From: Phoronis australis
Taxonomy: Eukaryota > Animalia > Phoronida
Direction: 5' to 3'
Length of the DNA: 64,000 bases
NCBI GenBank assembly: GCA_002633005.1
Contig: NMRA01000530.1
Span: 117,349-181,348, forward strand
Below the pieces are notes generated by a model. The model ran no database searches and had not been told where the DNA came from. It saw only the letters and a program-made list of their open reading frames with translations. This document shows positions 60,630-64,000 of this stretch, piece by piece (the stretch's first letter is position 1; every line of letters begins with the position of its first letter). The position numbers and the translations under genes are program-made.

Positions 60630-61814
60630 AAGGGAACTGTAATTTATTCTGAATAAATTCTGGATAGTTTTCTATGAATTGTTGATTAATTTCACAAATA
60701 ATTCAACACCAAAAATTAAACTTATATTCTCTAAAGAAGCTAAAAAAATTACCGGCTTGGAGCGCTGCTTAGTCTCGTGACGTATTTGGCGGGGGCAAAG
60801 TCACTGTCCTGTGTTAGCGTGCAATCAAGTAGCGTTCTTCATATTGTCGGAATAAGAAATTTTAGTGTGAAATGTCGGGTCACCAGGGATACCTGTTTGA
60901 GCCGAGGCAACACAAAGTGATACCCAGTCATCGTCATCGTCAGACGAAAATTTGCCGGTGCAACTGGTGTCAGTGACTGTGCCGAGGGCAATGTNNNNNN
61001 NNNNNNNNNNNNNNNNNNNNNNNNNNNNNNNNNNNNNNNNNNNNNNNNNNNNNNNNNNNNNNNNNNNNNNNNNNNNNNNNNNNNNNNNNNNNNNNNNNNN
61101 NNNNNNNNNNNNNNNNNNNNNNNNNNNNNNNNNNNNNNNNNNNNNNNNNNNNNNNNNNNNNNNNNNNNNNNNNNNNNNNNNNNNNNNNNNNNNNNNNNNN
61201 NNNNNNNNNNNNNNNNNNNNNNNNNNNNNNNNNNNNNNNNNNNNNNNNNNNNNNNNNNNNNNNNNNNNNNNNNNNNNNNNNNNNNNNNNNNNNNNNNNNN
61301 NNNNNNNNNNNNNNNNNNNNNNNNNNNNNNNNNNNNNNNNNNNNNNNNNNNNNNNNNNNNNNNNNNNNNNNNNNNNNNNNNNNNNNNNNNNNNNNNNNNN
61401 NNNNNNNNNNNNNNNNNNNGGCCAAGGTTTGGGTAACCCGGCGATGGTATGCGATGACCATCCCTTTAGAAGACACCTTTTTCGAAGAGTTTGAGCAACC
61501 AGGTGCCATACAAAAAGGCATAGCGAACCTTTTACAGCACTTTGGCAAACAATAAAAAATAAGGACGATTGATACAATGATAAATTACGATGTAAACTCT
61601 TCAAATATGACATAAGCAATGAATGTGTAAAACAGCCGATACCCCGCCGTTCACGTCACTGACACATCAGCCAATCAGCGATCGCTTTCAGAATTCAGTG
61701 TTTTGACCATGAATTCGAATTGGCTTTAGTTTGGCACGCAAGTCAGGCAAATGAGAGTTTTATTTGTATGTTAGAACCGATTAACTGCAACATTATTTTG
61801 ACTACAGTCCCCTT
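60630..61814. mobile_element. Kolobok-type element with TTAA TSD, THAP stub (-) and YLFEP stub (+); spans an N gap
   Basis: TTAA|AAGGGAACTGTA...TACAGTCCCCTT|TTAA; MPFCMAPGCSNSSK from 61521 (-); MSGHQGYLFEPR from 60872 (+). Confidence 0.8.
60995..61419. other. assembly gap
   Basis: N run. Confidence 1.
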
Positions 61815-62759
61815 TTAAGTTAAAAACAATCTAGCGTCGTGCTTTAGCTTTTTCACAGAAAAATTTGTTGGCCGCTTGAAATCAGTACACTCGATCATGA
61901 CGCGCACTGTTTTCTAATTTTTTGAGACATCTTTCAGGATGTGATGATAGCTTCACTAAAGTCAAATTTTGTTCAGAAATCCGGTTTTCTGGTAATAGAA
62001 TAGTTTCTATTAATAAAAACTTTTAACTAATTGAAACCATTCCCAATATCTTGGTGTGAACCGTATACCTTACAAACAAAATCCAGTTGATTGAAGAATT
62101 GGCAAATAAAGATAGTGGCCAACTTGACACTATTTCACCACCTTGAAGGCCGACCAATCGATACAATCTTATCAGATCCATAAACTTAACAGGAGAAAAA
62201 TGAAAAAAACAGCCATTTTACAGCAGTATTAACTAATTTATTGTAACACTCACAAAAATGTAGCCACAGAGCAAAACCGACGCGGGTAAAACATGTTAGC
62301 CAAAATCTGACCGACGCAAACACCAACTTTAAAACTTACACTCTTTTTTGTGTATTAGTTACCAGTACTAAAAATTGCAGTCCTGCCCTTATTCTGTTGG
62401 TAATGCAATGAAGTGATGTTAAGTGTCAGTTCTCAAGGCCATGAAATAGCCGTCATGCACTTACTAGTCATTTTTTTGCCAATTCTCCAATAGGCATTCA
62501 TTATCCACAAGCTTGCGTACATAACACAACAACTTATAAGAACTGGTTTCACTATGTATATATCAATTTTTAGCTCAGTTATGCACGGGCATACGTGTCA
62601 TGACAGACCTTTTTTGTTACAGAAAGCTGAGAAATGTAAGAAAATGAAGTTTAGTATATGACGGTGCATTCTGTCGTTCAGCAACTTTTCCAGATGTGAG
62701 GGGTGCTGAGCGTGCGATAACATCTGGCTCCTTTGCTAACTGCCCAGCAGTGTTTTGTC

Positions 62760-62950
62760 CCGTGTGATAACAAGCAGGCCAATTATCTCCCAGGCTTCAA
62801 AGGGTTACTGAAACCTGGTAGAACTACTTTCGACACCGGGTAGAGGTTTTCATCAACAATGAATAAACAATGGCGTACAGGGGTGATCTTCCCAACTTGT
62901 TGTTGGGTATAAAATCGAACAAGTTGGGAGCAACGGGAAAACGCTGTAAT
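62760..62950 (-). repeat. internally deleted copy of repeat family A
   Basis: Matches 3043-3078 (gcaggccaattatct) and 3418-3480 (ttcccaactt...aatcgaacaagttgggagcaacg). Confidence 0.75.
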
Positions 62951-63462
62951 GAGATTTATTTTCAATAAAACTGCTACAATGGGCAAGGTGACTGTCGGTT
63001 CACCTGCAGATTTTGCATGGGCCTCCGCCGGTCATTAGCGCTGTATGGTTATATGAGTTTCACGACGAAGTGACAAGCAGAACCGTTCCTGGGAAGTGTG
63101 AAATTTGGAGGTGTATGTGAAGTTAATTATAGGCTAACACAGCAGCTCCTGGATGTATTTTGAGAGTCTCGATACATCTATAGGCATGCAACACATAGCC
63201 CATCCGGTGGCTGGCCACAGGAAGGGCGACCTAAAGTTGAAAGAACAGTAATTTTTAGAAACTTTTTGCCAGATTTTATTTTGACAGTTTTTTTCCCAAT
63301 CCAATTAAGCATGCACTACAGGAATTAAGATGACGTTGGTGAAGAATTTCAACCCGAGATATCTTCGAAACCCTACCCAAACCCATTTAGACACATAACT
63401 CATCTGTAAACACTGGTAGTGGTAAATAAGCATTTCATTCTAGGACTGGCCCAGGTCACAAT

Positions 63463-63568
63463 CACAGGCGTCCTCAGCTTCTGATCGTCCCCAATACACT
63501 ACATATAATACTACAAGTAGTATTATATGTAGTGTATTGGGGACGATCAGAAGCTGAGGACGCCTGTG
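63463..63568. mobile_element. 106-bp perfect palindromic element (52-bp arms, AA loop) with 8-bp TSD GTCACAAT
   Basis: The arms are exact reverse complements; TSD at 63455-63462 and 63569-63576; CACAGG termini. Confidence 0.92.
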
Positions 63569-63639
63569 GTCACAATCAGTTTGTCACATTAGCTGACAAC
63601 GTCGTCACATTACCCTTCTCCTTCTTTTTCTATTCTGAA

Positions 63640-63840
63640 TTTGTCAAACCGAAAACCAATAGCTGAGCGGATACAACCCTTTAATTAGTAACATGAGTTC
63701 AAGTATACAAACCAAACAAGAGGACTTCCTCGATCGACGTTGTTGTTCGTGCCCTTGCCTTGCGCTTTCTATTTTCCTTTTCCGTGTGACGTCATATACA
63801 CATGACTTATGAGAACAACACGCATGTGCAAGCGGAAAAC
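63640..63840 (+). promoter_or_regulatory. putative promoter with CCAAT box (63656-63660) and perfect CRE TGACGTCA (63787-63794)
   Basis: Motifs read directly; CpG-enriched; located upstream of a candidate exon. Confidence 0.35.
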
Positions 63841-63873
63841 ATGGTTGACTCGGCGAAGAGTGCTCTGCAAATT
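63841..63873 (+). CDS. candidate first coding exon of a downstream gene (MVDSAKSALQI), divergent from VAMP7
   Basis: aaacATGG context and GTGAGT donor at 63874. Upstream sequence is CpG-rich with a CRE palindrome. The rest of the gene would lie outside the window. Confidence 0.35.
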
Positions 63874-64000
63874 GTGAGTTCAATGTTTTTGCTTTTCACA
63901 GCGGTTTCCCTTTTTAATTGTGTAGTGGAATAACAGCCGCTTGTCATGAAAATATATTATAGTGTAGTAACGTTGAAAATTTGCTGACACCGTCACCGAG

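Overview
This is a eukaryotic draft-assembly window: AT-rich, with spliceosomal GT-AG introns and three N gaps. It is probably from a marine invertebrate, which is an inference from the repeat types and gene content. Four spliced genes can be rebuilt by hand. (1) A ~793-aa Pro/Ser-rich nuclear protein with one C-terminal C2H2 zinc finger (+, 12700-19295). (2) A catalytically intact HDAC11-related/hdac12-type deacetylase (-, 24469-32085, with a possible extra first exon at 33866-33898). (3) A 175-aa cytosolic ferritin (+, 36208-41483), divergent from the HDAC, whose ferroxidase centre is substituted like a vertebrate L chain. (4) VAMP7 (-, 47684-58726), with exon 6 and flanks duplicated across a gap, probably a haplotype artefact. 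A possible first exon of a fifth gene lies at 63841-63873. Introns and intergenic DNA are dense in decayed mobile elements: Penelope-like, RTE-X-like and CR1/L2-like LINEs, tRNA-derived SINEs, Kolobok-like TTAA elements with convergent THAP and YxFEP ORF stubs, MITEs with 5-, 6- and 8-bp or TTA target duplications, and a perfect 106-bp palindromic element. I found no CRISPR array, rRNA, credible tRNA gene or novel multi-gene system. The ferritin is the most notable biological observation. All alignments were made by eye; no database searches were run.
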